A DNA stretch of 27,971 nt from a virus (Duplodnaviria; Caudoviricetes), in the IMG/VR virus record IMGVR_UViG_3300032332_000642, positions 1-27,971 of that record; one strand, written 5' to 3'. Within the stretch, counting starts at the first letter, position 1; each line of letters starts with the position of its first letter. Under the pieces are notes generated by a model. That model was not told the DNA's origin. It did no database searches and saw only the letters and a list, made by a program, of their open reading frames with translations. Shown here piece after piece: positions 26,501-27,971 of the stretch. The position numbers and the translations under genes were made by a program.

Positions 26501-27971
26501 AATCTTCGACATCTCCGCTGGGCAAACAATCGACACAGCCCCAGCAGTCAGAGACCTACGAGCCAGTGGCCTTTACACGCCCTCAGACAGGGGAAGACTA
26601 CAAGAGCTGGGTGGAAAAGTTGATTACCTCGCTGGACGAAAAGGGAGTCTTCGGACAGCGGTTGAGTCCGTTAGACGAGCCGTCAACCCAGCTGTCCAAG
26701 CGGGACGAATCCAGTCTCAAGGCAGAAGCCTTCAAGAAGCAGGGTCGCCAGAAGTAGTAGCCTCGACACGGGGCGCAGTATCCGTCGAGTCGGTGCCGTT
26801 AAGGCGTGATGGTGTAAGGCTTGAGAAGCCTTCAGTAAAAGAAGTAGCCAATTTCCTTCAGCAAAGAAGTATTGATCGAATCCAAAAGCCACTCACTAAG
26901 GATACTCCAGCCGATATTAGAATGGCTCAGTACCTTATAAACACATGGTCTGAGGTATCCTATCAGCTCCAGCAGGAAGACACTGGCATGACTTGGTACA
27001 GTCAGGATATCGAGCAGATGGAGGCAGACCTTGCCCAGCTGTACCCAGAGTCGATTGATTCCATTCCAGAAAAGATGGTCTTGTTCAAGGCCATGCTTGT
27101 TGGCAATTCATTCAGCCAGACACCCAAGGCAGAGACGCTAACCACAATGCGGATCTGGGATTCCTCCAACCAGCAGTTCCCAGTTAAGCCAAGACAGGAT
27201 GACGGCAAGGGATGGACTGTCCGTGGCGGGACGGTGGAGATTTACCTGAATAGGATTAATAGGCTGGTTGCGGAGAAGGGTGAGAAGGGTGCTGCCGACT
27301 GGTTGTTGTCGAAACATCCAATTAAAGAACTCAGGGAATACAACCCAAACGTGGGTGGCAAGCAGGATGATCTTAAGTATGGGTCAATGATCTTCGGCCA
27401 GAAGGGTGGCGCATATCACCTCAACATGAACGGCAACTATGACGTTCTTACTGCTGATCTTCACTTTAGCCGTATGTGGAATAGGATGATGGGCACGGTT
27501 CTTGACGCTAACGGTGAGATCATTCAGGCACCCACACCAGCGGAACTTAAGATTCAGGATGAAGCAGTTAGATTTGCAGCCGATAAACTTGGCTTGAGTG
27601 TTGCTGAATTACAGGCAGTATCGTGGGTATATGAGATCGGACTTTGGAAAGACCTCGGGGCAAAAATCGGATACTACAAGCACTCCGATGGAACAGCCAA
27701 GCTCCTCCAAGAGCGAGGCATTCAGCGCAGAGAAGTTATACCAGACAGTCGAGCGATTGAGGAAAGAAGGCAGACTGCCCTCAGTCGAGCAAACGCTCTC
27801 AGTGATGGACGAGACACGCAGCAAGTTTTACCCGAAGAAGTAAGAGCCTCCACTCGTGGGGCACAGCCTCGTAACGAGGTAATCCAGCAGGCAGCTAACG
27901 ACTTCTTTGATGGCAGGATATCCAGAGAAGAACTAAACAGACTCTCTGAAGAACAGAAGCCAGCCCGTCCA
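23556..27971 (+). CDS. Giant polyvalent internal-virion/ejection protein (truncated by window end, at least 1472 aa)
   Basis: Hand-translated, no stop from ATG 23556 to the end. Gly/Ala hydrophobic helices and EGATEEFLQE (~24000-24480); zincin HELGH (25671-25685); GFT/GY.VA/GGW/YDIS/QDAIFD domain (~26110-26550); WY/FGQK/TADLH/ELQAVSW domain (~26780-27700). Confidence 0.9.
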   Translation, partial: MAITPWDDIKAQVGYDELPTEGKVDTINKYSQYVQEYYTQVEPRDAKEVGQASDEFVKIASQDALGDLGAVERGSAFLGNIYKGASGTFTSAFKAAALAQQAIGESLGNYDDNTPVTERDIYKIAQDIDESVKQTTGIEDPRLRNDFINTLLPQGLGSALGFFGVAAAAAAAAPEAAVGAVGLGTAAVLGAATNAGSTYEEARQAGANEFTSRASALAGGAIGLTEAIPLGGLAGRLTAGIAKRSILRGVVEGATEEFLQETGSQMANNFVASKFAGYDPNRGIMDGALQSGAVGLVTGGLIGGGVNAITRDNEAFYAEKLSDELKSKADLAASLTPERLTQITEAARNANTTTQQRIDIETGETETTSTPKTVFGDRLAGEVPDIGQNPAINSVPLGRSVSQDEDGNNTETFTFHTPQGLLWEAEFRTGEPVRVRDVTDDSPLLNPITSPADPRTATRSQFTGRIISPTSSIAKEFGLETEQEMDRRLIAEAQREMQLGRVTDQTLLPDNQIIPESVSRDDRGVARQVVLNNEIERLYKIREGVLARQILVGENPNAGTTEYDPNTAREVIRYDSEGNKIENKQETSQRVARLNRMIGMRETELRGLTARPEGYILASERNTPPSASQKLSLVQGFQNLWNSISSPALRNAITFEVGDITPLIESGQVPKGAVAYYKRASDGRKAMIFLSDKLATMPMARREMIHELGHAFWDTLPAGVQAEIRGLWRAETESRTGALFDEFGGLKAEVSPRVMESVQEFFSERLAWTNDQWAKGLSEQNSVMDKAGRAFRNLLDRFLRYTGHGERLNLEFRSFLDQGDRFKGLRTRVERAVRAGRAGINEEPQTSIRGLAKYEQLFDYTRNNPDGFTVDPVSFRVPTTGYIVAPSKNTEGIMPVNMSREEGIKAFRSYLLSNDDIFRAFGIGQRLANVEGAGAYFGGWMKTTENNEPLPVDQRQFVYDISFVLDNKTDALYVAENGKQDAIFDISAGQTIDTAPAVRDLRASGLYTPSDRGRLQELGGKVDYLAGRKGSLRTAVESVRRAVNPAVQAGRIQSQGRSLQEAGSPEVVASTRGAVSVESVPLRRDGVRLEKPSVKEVANFLQQRSIDRIQKPLTKDTPADIRMAQYLINTWSEVSYQLQQEDTGMTWYSQDIEQMEADLAQLYPESIDSIPEKMVLFKAMLVGNSFSQTPKAETLTTMRIWDSSNQQFPVKPRQDDGKGWTVRGGTVEIYLNRINRLVAEKGEKGAADWLLSKHPIKELREYNPNVGGKQDDLKYGSMIFGQKGGAYHLNMNGNYDVLTADLHFSRMWNRMMGTVLDANGEIIQAPTPAELKIQDEAVRFAADKLGLSVAELQAVSWVYEIGLWKDLGAKIGYYKHSDGTAKLLQERGIQRREVIPDSRAIEERRQTALSRANALSDGRDTQQVLPEEVRASTRGAQPRNEVIQQAANDFFDGRISREELNRLSEEQKPARP
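26449..26484 (+). promoter_or_regulatory. Internal sigma70-like promoter for nested ORF 1
   Basis: TCGACA (26449-26454), 17 nt, TATGTT (26472-26477), 7 nt, ATG 26485. Confidence 0.45.
26485..26757 (+). CDS. Nested +1-frame ORF 1 (90 aa), candidate antidote/regulator
   Basis: MANKMQSSTS...FTRPQTGEDYKSWVEKLITSLDEKGVFG...; amphipathic helix; the host frame here is an R/G-rich linker. Confidence 0.5.
   Translation: MANKMQSSTSPLGKQSTQPQQSETYEPVAFTRPQTGEDYKSWVEKLITSLDEKGVFGQRLSPLDEPSTQLSKRDESSLKAEAFKKQGRQK
27631..27843 (+). CDS. Nested +1-frame ORF 2 (70 aa; alternative start 27688), candidate antidote/regulator
   Basis: TATCGT (27619-27624), 6 nt, ATG 27631, with TTGAGT 19 nt upstream of the -10 box; core AFSAEKLYQTVERLRKEGRLPSVEQTLSVMDETRSKFYPKK looks helix-turn-helix-like. 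Confidence 0.5.
   Translation: MRSDFGKTSGQKSDTTSTPMEQPSSSKSEAFSAEKLYQTVERLRKEGRLPSVEQTLSVMDETRSKFYPKK

Noticed and set aside
3497-27824. Numerous antisense ORFs within the structural block (for example 13688-14287 and 21951-22586)
   Set aside because: Antisense shadows of well-supported plus-strand genes.
1-27971. CRISPR array, tRNA/rRNA genes, stop-codon reassignment, introns or inteins in terL/portal/capsid
   Set aside because: No spaced repeats or cloverleaf seen; genes tile densely in the standard code using all three stops; core genes are of normal length.

Overview
The window is part of a tailed dsDNA phage genome with podovirus-like gene order. A spanin-like gene pair points to a diderm host. 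Bases 1-1178 hold three minus-strand early-type genes with strong Shine-Dalgarno sites. Bases ~1180-2244 are a non-coding control region with divergent promoters and a highly structured minus-strand leader. From 2245 to the end, one plus-strand morphogenesis block runs: terS, terL, portal, accessory and lysis genes (holin-like, spanins, M15 endolysin), scaffold, major capsid, a PD-(D/E)XK nuclease, tail-fibre/receptor-binding cassettes (one duplicated), adaptor, nozzle and ejection proteins. It ends in a giant ORF missing from the ORF track (23556 to past the window end, at least 1472 codons). This ORF looks like a virion-ejected polyvalent protein: hydrophobic helices, an HELGH zincin, a SAM-lyase-like domain and an HhH-glycosylase-like domain, separated by a repeated S[TI]RG boundary motif. 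The most striking observation is that each of the two effector-like domains is followed by a small +1-frame overprinted ORF. Each has an internal sigma70-like promoter positioned for leaderless translation and stops at the boundary motif, which suggests 'effector + nested antidote' cassettes. Other signals are an AACTG-N5-CAGTT operator-like palindrome at promoters and apparent absence of CCGG and CGCG. All assignments come from reading motifs by eye; no searches were run.
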